This document shows positions 50,712 to 62,240 of a stretch of DNA of 64,000 nucleotides, piece by piece. The notes under the pieces were generated by a model. The model was given only the letters and a program-made list of their open reading frames with translations. It searched no databases and was not told the origin of the DNA. The position numbers and the translations under genes are program-made. This stretch comes from Hypanus sabinus (taxonomy: Eukaryota). Each line of letters opens with the position of its first letter. The stretch's first letter is position 1. The stretch is from positions 36,022,001 to 36,086,000 of the forward strand of contig NC_082706.1 in assembly GCF_030144855.1 (NCBI RefSeq), given 5' to 3'.

Positions 50712-51435
50712 GTACGTGCAGATTCTCCAGTGGTGAGGCAAGGCCAGTCTGACTTTTTTTTTGCCCTGGATACAGACTGATGCCCCACACTGGTCCCCTG
50801 TTACCACCAGGACTTGCTCCTAATACAGTAAAGTTTACGACTGATAGATGGGTGCAAGTGCCTAACCCTGGGGATACCATTCCTAATGAGGCACAGAATC
50901 TTCTACCATGTGGCAACGTTGTGGCTTAAATTAGTGGGCTAGTGCTTTGAGGTCTGCTTAATGAAAAAAGAACAGAAAAAGTGGGAGCAAGAACATACGT
51001 ACAGTCCCTTGTATCTGCCGTTCAATTCAACAATGACTGATTTCCTTTTTAATTCAGCACCACTTTCATCACTGACCCCATAACCGTGATCCTTGTTTTG
51101 AAAAAGTAAGTTGAAGCACCTCGAGTTTGAACTTTGCCTGGGAGGTTTAATTGAAGTGATTGGAGATGTGGTACTGGAAACCCTGACCTTTAAGCCGTTA
51201 AGTTGTTGGTGATATAAAACCCTCCTGGTTCACTGACGCCAGCAAAAGGAACCTGACTCCGGTTTGGACGAAGGGTGCTGGGCAGAATCCTGCTGGGCTC
51301 TGAACGGTAAATGCTGGCAGTGCCAGTGTTGCTTGGGTCCTGTGATCCCGAGATGTGGGTGTGCTCCGTCGCTCGAGTTCAGAATTCAGATTCCCTGTGG
51401 GCGCCAAGCTAACGGTGCTCGTCTCTGTCTCTCAG

Positions 51436-51617
51436 GTGCTCAGCGTCGGTGGGGCTGGTTGGCGGCGCGCAGCTCATCGCACTGAACCAGCGGTGCCTGC
51501 AGAAGGGGAAGGGCGTCATTGAGCACGAGTTAATGCACTCCCTGGGCTTCTGGCATGAACACACGAGGAGCGACCGAGATAAATACATCAAGATCGAGTG
51601 GAAGAATGTGTGGCCCG
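51436..51617 (+). CDS. ASTL: ASTL-like exon 6 (zinc-binding motif)
   Basis: ctctcag|G TGC...CCC G|gtaacg, 182 bp, [60 protein letters not shown]. Contains the astacin signature HExxHxxGFxHExxRxDRD. Confidence 0.97.
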
Positions 51618-52417
51618 GTAACGTCCTCTCCTCCAGATCTAGTTTGGTCCCTTCATCCCTGAACAACTCGAGCCCGTCTTGGATGGTCTCCTGTCTGTCT
51701 CTGGGCCTGGCAGAATTCAGCTTATTTTGGATAGTTGTGCTGTAAAGGGTTGTGGAGCATTCATGTAGGGACATGAGTTTGAATCCCAAGTGGAACTGAT
51801 CTTGATCAACAGTAATGAGAAAGTTGCTGTGAAAACCCACCTGGTTGTTTATGCTCTTGGGGATGAGGTATTCCGGCCACAGACTCACTGGTGTGGTTGA
51901 TTCCTAACTCCTGCCTTAGCTCAGCGATGCACTGTAAATGTCCATTGTAAGTTGTCCCACAATTAGGCCAGGGTTGTATCAGCGACTGCTGGGCCGACAG
52001 GCTCAAAGGGACAGAAGGGCCTCTCCTGCACTGTATCTCAATCAAAAAATAAAATATCTGGAACAAGCTGATAGAAGTGGATACAATTACAACAGTTAAA
52101 AGGCATTTGTGCAGATGAATGAACAGGAAGAGAGTAAATGAATACGGGACTGATGTAGGCAATGGAGATTAGAGTAGACAGGCACTATGGTCAGTATTGA
52201 CTAGGTGGGCTGAAGGGCCTTTTTCTGTGGAAATAGCTGTGTTATTTTTTTAAATATATTTTTAAAAACAACTTTTTCTTTCTTCAAACAAATTGAGAAC
52301 CAATTGCTTTGTGTTTTGGGGTGCCCCATGGTTTGTAAGGGAATAGTTTCATCACAAGACATCAGAAATATTCAAGTGTGCTGTGATTGGCCAGTTTCTG
52401 TCATACTTCCCTTTCAG

Positions 52418-52499
52418 GTTATGAACATAATTTTTTAAAGAAAAATACCAATAATTTGAAGTCCAAATATGACTATGGCTCCATCTTGCATTATAGCAG
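52418..52499 (+). CDS. ASTL: ASTL-like exon 7 (Met-turn region, here SILHY)
   Basis: tttcag|GT TAT...AGC AG|gtaaga, 82 bp, (G)YEHNFLKKNTNNLKSKYDYGSILHYS(R). Confidence 0.95.
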
Positions 52500-52799
52500 G
52501 TAAGAGTGATGATGGAGTGTTGTGACTCTTGTCTCTGTGTCTCTGAGGTTTCTAGATTTAAGTTTTCAGATCCTGCTTTGAATGTTTGAAGTTAATGATA
52601 ATTACCTGAAACTTGCCACCTCAGTTAAATCAACTTCGTTAAACTTTCATTTCCCTTCTCCTAAGTTACCTTGAGCCCTGTTTGCCAATCACTAGTAACC
52701 TCCCCATGTAATCTGTGGGGTCCTACAGGAGTAGGTGAAACAGTGGACCTCCTCTTCATGAACAAGGCAGGGCAAGTGACGGAGGGGCACTTTGAGACC

Positions 52800-54910
52800 A
52801 GTGACCATAATATTATTAGTGTAAAGTAGGTATGGAGAAAGAAAGGAAGGTCCATGGGCTAAAGTCCTAAACCAGGGCAGGGAGTTATCTGATGAGATCT
52901 TGCAGAGGTCATTTGGGTGGGATTGTTTGCTGGTAAAAGGACAATGGGCAAGTGGGAGGCTTTTTGAAAGTGTGATATCAAGAATCTGGGGCAGCTAGGG
53001 TACAGGGCAAGGCTGGCACATTTGGGGAACTGATGAGAGCTGTGGAGGCTCTGGTCAGGAAGAAGCATTCAAGAGGTTCAGGCAATTGGTGACAAGCAAA
53101 CCTTCAGTATAAGAATTGTAGGGGCAATCTTGAGGAAAATCCTGAGAGCAAGTAAGAGTAAATGAGATGGATCTGGCAGGCAGGGTTAAGGAAAATCACG
53201 AGGTTCTACAGGTGCATTAAGAGTTAAAGGATGTCTTCGGAGAGAGTATATCCCCTTTAAAATCAGTATTGCCATCTGTGTGTGTTGAACTTAATATTTC
53301 TCCAGTATTTTACTAAAGGAATTGGGGGGAAAAGGGTTATGACTTGGACCACACATACTTCCACAGAGGTCTTAAAGCACATTAAGATAGAACAGTACAG
53401 TATAGGTTCTTTAGCCCATGATGCACAAAACTAATTCCTTCTGTTCACACTCCACATTAATGTGCCTCTGAGTCCCTTAAACACTACCGCTGTATTGCGT
53501 TCCAAGTACGCACCATTCTGCATCTCTATAGAACAAAAAGTGCCCAGTACATCTCCTCATCACCTGCATGATCTCTGGGCTTTAGATATTTCAACCCTAG
53601 GGGGAATGGTTCTGGCTGTCTACTCTGTCAGAGCCTCTCATAATCTAATAAAGCTCTACTAGGTTTTCCTACAGCCTCCACTTCTGAAATTTGCCCAACC
53701 TCAGTACGTGCCCTCTAATTCAGACAGCATCCGAGTAAATCTGTTGTCTGCGTGGACTTGAGGGAGGCCCAAAGGTCCCATGTGGCAGGTGAGTCTGGAA
53801 GACAAAATCTGCAGATGCTGGAAATCCGAGCAACACTCACAAACACACACGGCAGCATCTATTGAAAAGATTAACAGCTGATGTTTTGGGCTGAGACCCT
53901 TCATCAGGACTTGTTCCTCTGGAAAGTTAGATTGCAAGGGGTCCAGGGACAGCTAGTTAACTGGATAAATAATTGGTTCGGCCGTAGGAAGCAGAGGGCA
54001 ATGGTCTCAAAATGGAGGCCAGTGACTAGTGGTGTGTGCCTCAGGATTGTGCTGGGGGCCTTTCTTATTTACATCTGAACGATTTGGATGTGACTGTACA
54101 TGGTTAAGTTTGTGAATGATACTAATGTAAGTGGCATCTTGGTAAAGAACATTATCAACAATTATAGCAGAACCTTGATTGGCTAGGCAAGTGGGCCAAA
54201 GATGGGCAAATGGCTTTCAACTGCAATAAATCTAGGGTGTTGCGTTTGGAAGTCAAACCCAGGGTGGTCTTGTACAGTGAATGGTCATTGGAACAGAAGG
54301 GCCTGGTACTGTATGGTTCATTGAATATTGCATTGCAGGTAAACAATGAGGTGAGGAGGTGTCAGGCACACTGGTCTTCATCAGTCAGGGCACTGAGTAT
54401 CATTTGGAGTTGGATCATTGTGTTGCAATTGTACAAGATGCTGACAGGGCTGCACTTGGAGAATAGTGCATAGTCACGCTGTTATAGGAACGACCTCACT
54501 AAACTGGAGAGGGGGCAGAGAGGCTCACAAGGACCCTACCAGGACTTGAGGGCCTGAGTTTATAGGGGAAGGCTGGGCAGGCTAGATCTTTATTCCTTAG
54601 TACATAGAAGATTGAGGTTGACCTTGAAGATGGGTAGATGGGGTGAATACAGTCTACTTCCCAGTGAAGCAGAACTAAAGGGCACTGGTTTAAGGTGAGA
54701 GCTGAAAGATTTAAAAGAGGTAACTTCACACAGAGAGGAGTGAACATGGAATCATGTCCCAGAGAAGGTGACTGAGGTAGGTACAATTATGACATTCAAA
54801 AGGCATGTAGACAGGTACTCGGATAGAAAAGGTTTGGGAGGATATGGGCCAAATGGAACTACCATTGTCAGCATGGACTAGATGGGCTGAAGGGTCAGTG
54901 CCTTTGTATG
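52800..54910 (+). mobile_element. Degenerate CR1 fragments with an inverted CR1 piece (about 53380-53740) and a Penelope-derived terminus (about 53800-53911)
   Basis: GVQGQLVNWINNW..RKQR, WRPVTSGV and WQMAFNCNK-type remnants. Confidence 0.7.
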
Positions 54911-55149
54911 ACTGATTGCAATGTAACCTTTTCAGCTTTGCTCTCTACTCTCTACTTCTAGTCTTTCATGTCTTTGAATGTACCTGCTGCTGAAGCAGGT
55001 CCTACTGTGTGATACTCGGTCAAGTTTTCTTTGGTCGAGCAAATCTGGGCATTCTGCTCTTAAAAAATAGTAGCTGTATAAATGCAAGCTTTGTTCTTGT
55101 CAAATTAGGCAGGGCTTTGATTTGTATTGAACTTCTCGTCCAATTACAG

Positions 55150-55310
55150 GACAGCATTTTCCAGGAATGGACAGCCAACCCTGACGCCACTGGTGGATAC
55201 AGACGCTGTGATTGGCCAACGAGTCTGCTTGAGTGAGATGGACTTGCTGAAGGTTAACCGGCTCTACAACTGCACGGCATATCTCAAGGATGAGGCCGAT
55301 ATGGTGAAAT
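55150..55310 (+). CDS. ASTL: ASTL-like exon 8 (end of the catalytic domain); read-through of the donor would stop at 55339
   Basis: ttacag|G ACA...AAA T|gtaagg, 161 bp, TAFSRNGQPTLTPLVDTDAVIGQRVCLSEMDLLKVNRLYNCTAYLKDEADMVK. Confidence 0.93.
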
Positions 55311-56218
55311 GTAAGGGAAAGAGGAACCAGCGGTTTTAAGAGAATGTGTGACTCCTGATAAAACAAACTAAAGTTAGTCACTTCATACCAGCAGTGCCTG
55401 ATGGTAGCAGATTTCAAATTTATTTGGGTTTCATCAGTGTTACCCCTGCTTCTGATGTGCCCCATAACGAGCAAACCCCTGGCTTTAAGGGGTGGGCGTT
55501 TTAACCATGAGCAGCCTCCTGGCGGTTTGTCTGACGGTGGGAGGAGGGCAGGAAAGAATGAATCTGTGGTGGTTCAGAGTACAAGTCAGATTACTTGGAC
55601 ATCAGGCAAGGATGAGCCCTCCTCTACGTGCATCTCGGAAACAGTCCACGAGGAAAACACTACTTTTGTTGGGTAGCTCTGTGGTTGGAAAGGGGGAGAG
55701 GTGGGGAAAGTGTCTCAAACTCAAGGGGGAGTGCAGCAGAACCCTACCCACCCGTAAACTATCTGGGGGTGTACTTGAGAAGCTGGGACCTGCAGACCAG
55801 AGCTGAGGGGTGATGGGATTACAGAGACAAATTGTCTTGGAAGAAGTGGGGTTTGGACTAGGACAAGCTTGAGCAGTTGGTGTTCAAAGGGATCTGGGTG
55901 TCCATGTTCAATAGGTACATTTAATTTCAGAAACATATACATCCTGGAATTCTTTATCTTCACCAACATCCATGAAAACAGGGGAGTGCCTCAAGAATGA
56001 ATGGCAGCTAAATGTTAGAACCCCAAAATCCCCCTCCCTGCACAAGCAGTGAGTATAAATTATTGAAGATTAACACAAATGGCAAATGGTACGATGGCCT
56101 TTACTCAGGACTGGAATTCAAGAGGTGTCCTACTGCAGCTACATTGGGAACTGGTGAGACCCATCTGGTCCCCCAATGAAGGAAGAAGTCACTGCAGTCA
56201 GAGCACAGGAGGTTAACC

Positions 56219-56674
56219 TGTTGGGACGCTGGAGCAGGGATCTAATTGCAGACCCTGTACTGTGCACACAATGATATTGAGTAGAAAATCCAAAGGGGCA
56301 ACAAAGTTCAGGCAGAGATCAAAACGCCCAGAGAAATCCAAAAACCAGAATCGGGAAACAGGCAGAGTCGATATTCAGACAGACAGAGTACAGATAGAAA
56401 TTCTGGAAAGGCTCAAGAATATTCACTGGCACAATCTGGTGGAAAACAGGTGAAAACACAGGACTGAAATAAACAGAGAGGCAGATGATAGGTGGAGCAC
56501 AATCAGACACTGGTGGCAGCAATACAGGTGATAATGGGAAACAGATGAGAGATGAAGTACTCAGTGATACGGGGGCCGGAGTAGAGCAGGAGCGGGGACT
56601 GGAGCACATGGCAATATGAAGCCACAGACTGACAGCTGGGGGTAACACACAAGAAGACAGAGTTCAGACATGAC
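56219..56674 (-). mobile_element. LTR-like insert (probable Gypsy solo LTR) inside an old CR1 3' fragment (about 56080-57065)
   Basis: CR1 ggaggttaacc|aggttgattcct is interrupted by about 455 bp starting TGTT; the right terminus and TSD are imperfect. Confidence 0.5.
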
Positions 56675-57186
56675 CAGGTTGATTCCTAGCATAGCGATCT
56701 CTCACAAAAGCAGAGATTGAACAATCTGGGTTTGTATTACCTAAATCTCGAGGGTGGAGATTATTTCATTGGAACATACAAACTGCTTGGTAGGTAGGAG
56801 CTGGACTTTGCCCGGCTGGAGTGTCCAAAACTGGGATTGCAAAAAGGTGTCTACATGCTGACGTGTGAAAAGACGTTTCTTCACGTATTGAGATGGAATT
56901 CTCTATCCGTGAGGGTATAATTGTGTTGACCCATTCATGAAGGTGACCAGTAGATTCTTGGCCATTAAAAGGATCCGGTGTTATTGGAGGAGTCACTAAG
57001 GAAAAGGAACTGCCATGATCTTCATGGGTGGGGAACAGATATGAAGGGCAGAATGGCCTTCTATATCATCTGTTTCCAACATCAGCCCACGTGAGGGGTG
57101 GGGAGACTCTTTCTGCTCTGATCCCGGAAACCTGAGGGGTCACTTAAGTTTGTTCTCACCTCTCCCTCCCCCCTTGGGGCATCCAG

Positions 57187-57719
57187 TGGAGAATGGTGCC
57201 GCTCTGAGACCCGGAGAACCAAGAAGGCAGTCGGGCCGAAATCTTTCCGGGACGCCCATGCTGGAAGCGCAGGAGTGGTGGGGGCTTCTTGTGGGGACGG
57301 GTCGGCGGGGATCCAGTCCACCGCCGCTCCGGAGGTGGGAATGCGCCTGTTCGCACACAGGGCAGCCACTGAGGAGCCGGTGCCCGGCGTTCCTGGAGCT
57401 GCCCACCATCGCCCGCGACCCCGAGCCGAGGTTTCTCTCCTGGGCTGCCCCCACGGAGCGCAAACCCGGTCCGCCGGTCTCCCGGCTCGGCGCATCGGGG
57501 CCAAACTCCACCGCGGGCGCACGGTTCCTGCCCGGGGGGCTGCCGGAGCCGCCACTCACCACGAGTTGTCCTCCGCCCTGCGGCGGGGCCACTGTCCGCC
57601 TCCGCCGGTTCTGCTGGCTCGACACCACGGACACCTCCCCGGCCACCATCCTCCATCCCAGGGGCTCGCTTCGGGCACCCAGGTGGGGATGGACGGGTGG
57701 AGACGCCGACTCCTCGTGA
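57187..57719 (+). CDS. ASTL: Candidate ASTL-like exon 9: GC-rich, Pro-rich C-terminal extension ending in TGA
   Basis: ccctcccccttggggcatccag|TG GAG is phase-1 compatible with exon 8 and in frame with ORF 57150-57719, giving a 1416-nt CDS (471 aa). Composition suggests internal frameshifts relative to the ancestral frame. Confidence 0.55.
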
Positions 57720-57734
57720 ACCAACATCGCCTCC

Positions 57735-58045
57735 GATTGACATGACCCCAGCCTCTGACGTGGCCATGCCCCCGGTAAGGCTGCACCCTGTGACTTGCCC
57801 CCACCCTCTGACCTCCGACCAGGCCATGCCCATTGAAGAGGCCCCGACCTCTAACCTAACCCCACCCAACAAGCAGCTCGCACTCACAGACACCATCCCA
57901 TCCGACTAGGCACTTCCCTCCAAACAGGCTCCATCCACTGACCGCACCCTGGCCTTCAACCTGACCGCGGGAACAGACCTTGCCCCTCTCTCTGACCAGG
58001 TCCCTCCCTCTGGTCAGTCCCACTTGTCTGACAAAGTCTCTGCAG
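57735..58045 (+). pseudogene. Decayed 18-nt/hexapeptide repeat, mucin-like stalk coding remnant
   Basis: SDVAMP, SDQAMP, SNLTPP, SD*ALP, SKQAPS, TDRTLA, TDLAPL, SDQVPP, SGQSHL and SDKVSA in one frame; TAG at 57907-57909. Confidence 0.65.
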
Positions 58046-58289
58046 AGTACCTCCTGGGTTGCAGGCCCTCGGTGAGGAACCCCTCCAAGGGTTGTCCCCC
58101 TTGAGTGAAAACCTCCCACCCAGTAATCTTCCCCCTCAGCCAGGCCCTAGACCCCCAGCTGCTCCTTCAGGGATGCCCACTGGGTCGGAGAACCCTGCGA
58201 GAGCCTCCCCTCGGAGGGTACCAGTGGGACCGGGCCGAAAGCGGATCACAGCAAAGGGCAGTACAAGGACCGAGGAGTTGAGGGGAAAT

Positions 58290-58520
58290 GTCAGAATCAG
58301 ATTTATTATTATTGATGAATTTTATTGTTTTGCTGCAGCAGTACGATGTACAATGTAAAAAAAACACCTAAAAAATAAACAGTGCAGAAGGAATATTGTG
58401 GTGGTGTTCATGGACCATTCAGAAATCTGATGGCAGAGGGCAAGAAGCTTCTGGTGGTAATGAGAAGATGGTAACATGTCCCGGCTGGTGAGGGTCCTTA
58501 GTGATGGATGCTGCCTTCCT
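58290..58520 (-). mobile_element. Rex1/Babar 3' fragment interrupting the decayed ASTL 3' exon
   Basis: tcagaatcagatttattat tail and the ggtgttcatggaccattcagaaatctgatggcagaggg block shared with the other copies. Confidence 0.75.
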
Positions 58521-59349
58521 GAAGCTGTCTTTCCCGGCGGGGAGGGCTGCACCTGTGTCCGCAACCCTCTGCAGCCTCTTTCAGCGCTGCAAATTGGAGC
58601 CTTTGCTGCTGGGGGTGTTGAAGCAATGGGAGGAGAAAACAGCTGGAACTCTGAGCCAGCGCCAGTGAGAGCAGCAGTGATGGCTGTACGTGTAGACAAA
58701 TCACCTTAACTCCACTGATTGGAATCAAATCTAATGGAACACCGCCAGGCCGAGATATACACTTTATTTCTCTGTCCACTGACGCTGCCTGATGTTCTGA
58801 GTACTTCCTGTTTAGTTTTAGAGTAAAATCGTGGTCCGGTTTTGATTTTTTTTTTCAGTTCTAGTGAATTCAGTTGTGACTCTTGGAAAGGAGACTGATA
58901 AGTTCATGAAGTGAGGACTGGCTGGACTCTTTCACAAACTGAAACCACTTACTGCTGTAAGCTTCCTGTGATTCTCTAGTTTTGCCAAACACTGAGGTTG
59001 TGTAGAAATACTGCATCTTTGTATTTCAAGCCTGTGTTCTTCAGAATTGAGTTGATGGTTCACAAGGCTACACACCTTGGCAGGATCTAGAGGGCTGGCA
59101 TAGACTTGATGGGCTGAATGGTTGCTTGTGTGTTGTAAGAATTGTGATTGTAACCTGACTATGGGCTAGGCTGGAGCCAGCTTAAGCTGCTGGGCAGAGC
59201 AGTGTATCTGAATCATTGTGAAGAAATGCTTTCTGTGCTCGTGGGATTGACTTGCAGCTGTGCAGAGAGAGTGGGCTGCTTTCTCTGGTCCACCGGGGGA
59301 AGGTCACATTAATGTGGCTGGTCAACCTGCTGACATAGACTGGTGATCT

Positions 59350-59830
59350 GGATGGAGGAACAACACCTCATATTCTGTCTGGGTAGTCAAACCTGATGGC
59401 ATCAACATCTTGTCTAGCTTCCAGTAATTACCCCTCTCTGTCTGACTCCCTTTTTATCTGTTACCCCATTTCCTATTCTGGTTACCCACTCACCCCTTCT
59501 TGTCCTCTACCATTAGACCCGCCCATCACCTCCCTCTGATTCGCCATCTTCCTTCTCTCCTTGTCTGCTGTTCTCTCCTATCAGAATCCTCCTCTTTCCA
59601 TTTACCAGCTCCTAACTTCTCACATCATTCCCCCCCCACCCATCCACCTTCCCCTCACCTGTAACCTGTCAGCTTGTACCCCCCCCCCCTTTCCCCACCT
59701 TCTCATTCTGGCTTCTGCCCCCTTCCTTTCCAGTCCTGATGAAAAGTCTTGGCCCGGAATGTTAACCGTTTACTTGCCTTCACTGACGCTGCCTGAATTG
59801 TGTGTTTCTCCGGATTTCCAACATCGACGG
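59350..59830 (+). mobile_element. Penelope-like element 3' portion with a hammerhead-like terminus
   Basis: EEQHLIFCLGS.PDGINI, a pyrimidine tract, then cagtcCTGATGA at 59731-59742. Confidence 0.8.
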
Positions 59831-60192
59831 AATGTGGTGACCCGGAGGAAGTTGTTCAAGTGCGATTCTGGCAAACGGGGATTTGAAATTCAGTTAAGTA
59901 AAGTTGGGATCACTGCTTGTGACAGTGATTAAAATCTGTCTGGTTTATGTACAATAGGTCCACAGCCAATGGTGGAAACGCTCAGCAAGCCAAGCAGTGT
60001 CAGTGGAGAGAGAACCAATGCGAGCATTTCATTATCAAAGACCTTCATAGATCATCGAACAGTCCAGCACTGGACAGGCCATTCAACGTGCGATGGTGCA
60101 CCAGTCTTTATTTAGATACGGTGTGGAGTAGGGCCCTTGAGCCCCACGGCCCGAAACCCACCAACTTAACCCTGGCCTAATCATGGGACAGC

Positions 60193-60420
60193 CGGCTGAT
60201 GGCATAGTGGCATCAGTGCTGGACTTCAGGGCGAGAGATCGAATCCAGCCGGCTCCCGTTAAGAGCTGGTGATCTCTTTAATAAAAAGAAACCTCACCTG
60301 GCAGAAGTCAATGGCAAACCACTGCTGTAACTTGCCTAGTACGCGATTTCCCCAGTGCGCCAGAGCGGCGTGAAAGGGGGTCGTCCACTACCTGGAAATA
60401 ATTCAGGATGCGACCTACCT
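60193..60420 (+). mobile_element. tRNA-derived SINE; second copy at about 61210-61410
   Basis: A box TGGCATAGTGG and B-box-like GATCGAATCC / GTTTGAATCC; the two copies share their head sequence. Confidence 0.7.
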
Positions 60421-60732
60421 TACCTTAATCATGGGACAATTCATGATGACCGATTAACCTGAGGGAGGAAACCAGAGCACCCGGGGAAACACGCCCTTTC
60501 CTGGGGGGAAGGTACAAGCGTGCTTACAGAGGATGCTGGAATTGAACTTTGAACTGCGACATCCCAAGCTGTGCTACAGTGGCACCCCATCTTGATGACA
60601 ATTTACAGTCAAGGGTTTTGAAGAAAAGTCTTCCGCTTGGTGTGTAATCTCTCCCTCCACAGATACTGCCTGGGCAGCTGAGCGTTTCCAATGTTGTCTG
60701 CTCATTGCAGCAACTATTCCCTCCGTTTCCAG

Positions 60733-60879
60733 GGTTACCGAGTCAATTCCGATGGATGAGCTGACCAGGCCGTCGCTTGTGCCTGGAGGCGTCATATCCT
60801 CAGCGGATTAGGGAGAAGGCTGTGCTCGCCTGCCCAGTACTGACCGGGCAGAGGGGGCTGTCGTTCTGGTACCACGTGG
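60733..60879 (+). pseudogene. Decayed MAM-domain exon (central part)
   Basis: gtttccag|GG...GTG G|gtgagt, 147 bp, phase 1/1. Reads LPSQFRWMS*PGRRLCLEASYPQRIREKAVLACPVLTGQRGLSFWYHV, resembling the MAM pattern G.YLYLEAS...GDKARL.SP.L...CLSFWYHM. In-frame TGA at 60762-60764. Confidence 0.75.
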
Positions 60880-61119
60880 GTGAGTGGTGAGAGGCAAACA
60901 GTGTGCATCTGGTTCCAGGCTTCAGTGCGAGGAAGGTGGCCAGTGACGAAGGATCTGATGGTGAGCAGAGATCCAGCTTGAGGTATTGTGTGCGTGTGCG
61001 TGTGTGCATGTGAGTCCTCTGTGTGTGTTTTAGCTCTTCGTGTGCTCTGCGGTGTGTGTGAGTCAGTGGAATCTACCGGACACAGATACAGAGAGGGACT
61101 CTTTCCTATAGGATTGCTC

Positions 61120-62240
61120 AAAGTTCAAAGTGAATTTATTATCAAAGAATGTATGTTATCACATATTTTACCTTGAGGTGCATTTTCTTGTAGCCATTTA
61201 CAAGAAAGCTGGCTGGTGGTGTAGTGGCATCAGCACTGGACTGGGGCGAGTGGTCCTGGGTTTGAATCCAGCTGGCTCCTTGTATGCTTTCCATCTATGC
61301 TGGGTGGCGCATTGAGGTAGTGACTTGGCCTCGTTTTTTTTTAAACAGACAAAATGCTAAAGAAATGGCAAGGTTGCCACCCAATGTGCCACAAGGCATG
61401 GAGAGAAGCAACAATTTGCAAGAAAAATAAAGACATACAATTTTCATAAATTGTACCATAAACAAAGACTGACAAACGACCAATGTGCAAAAGAAGACAA
61501 CTAAATTTTAAAAAAGTAATCCTGAGATCGAGTTGTAAAGAGACCTTGAAAGTGAGCCTGTGGGTTGTGGAATCAACTCAGAGTTGTCCACACTGGTTCA
61601 GGAGTCTGGTGGTTGTAGGGTAATAACTAATCCTGAACCTGGTGGTGTAGGTCTTAAAGTAGAGAGAAAAGAGCATGGCAGGGTTCCTTCGTGGGCACTG
61701 CTTTCTCATGGTGATGTACTCGTTGGCGAAGTGGGCTTTTCCTGTGACGGACTGGGCTGTATCCGCCATTTTCTGTCGTCCTCTCTGTTCCTGGGCTTTG
61801 GTGTTTCCACACCGGCCGTGATGCAACCAGTTAGTTTACTCTCCACTGTGCACCTACAGAAGCTGGTCAGTTTTTGGTGACGCGCTGAATCTGTGCAAAA
61901 CCTCAAAGAAAGTAGAGATGCTTTCTCCCCTTTGTGAAGGGACTTGTGCTAGTCCTAAGACAGATCCTCCGCTAGGTTAACACCAAGGAATTTAATGCTA
62001 CTGACCCTCTCCTGCTCTGATTCCCTAATGAGATCTCTGCTGTTTCGACCTGGACCTCTTTGGTTGTGCTGATGTTGAGTGGGAAATTGTTGTGATGCCA
62101 GTTAACCCGATCTTCAATCTCTCTATGTGCCAATTCGTCTCAACCTTTGACTCTGCCAACAACCGTGGGGCTGTCGACAAACTTCCTTAAGTACTGGAGC
62201 TGTACCTAGCCACACAATCAAAGTTATAAAGTGAGTAAAA
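61120..62240 (-). mobile_element. Rex1/Babar LINE 3' portion with a nested SINE
   Basis: LTSFCRCTVESKLTGCITA and TTRFRISYYPTTTRLLNQ; aagttcaaag tail. Confidence 0.8.

Noticed and set aside
57082-57896. Several long minus-strand ORFs (157-246 aa)
   Set aside because: Expected shadows of a GC-rich, stop-poor region; no domain motifs, and the splice signals support the + strand.
60193-60260. tRNA gene
   Set aside because: A and B boxes are present but there is no cloverleaf; it is the head of a SINE with a second copy near 61210.
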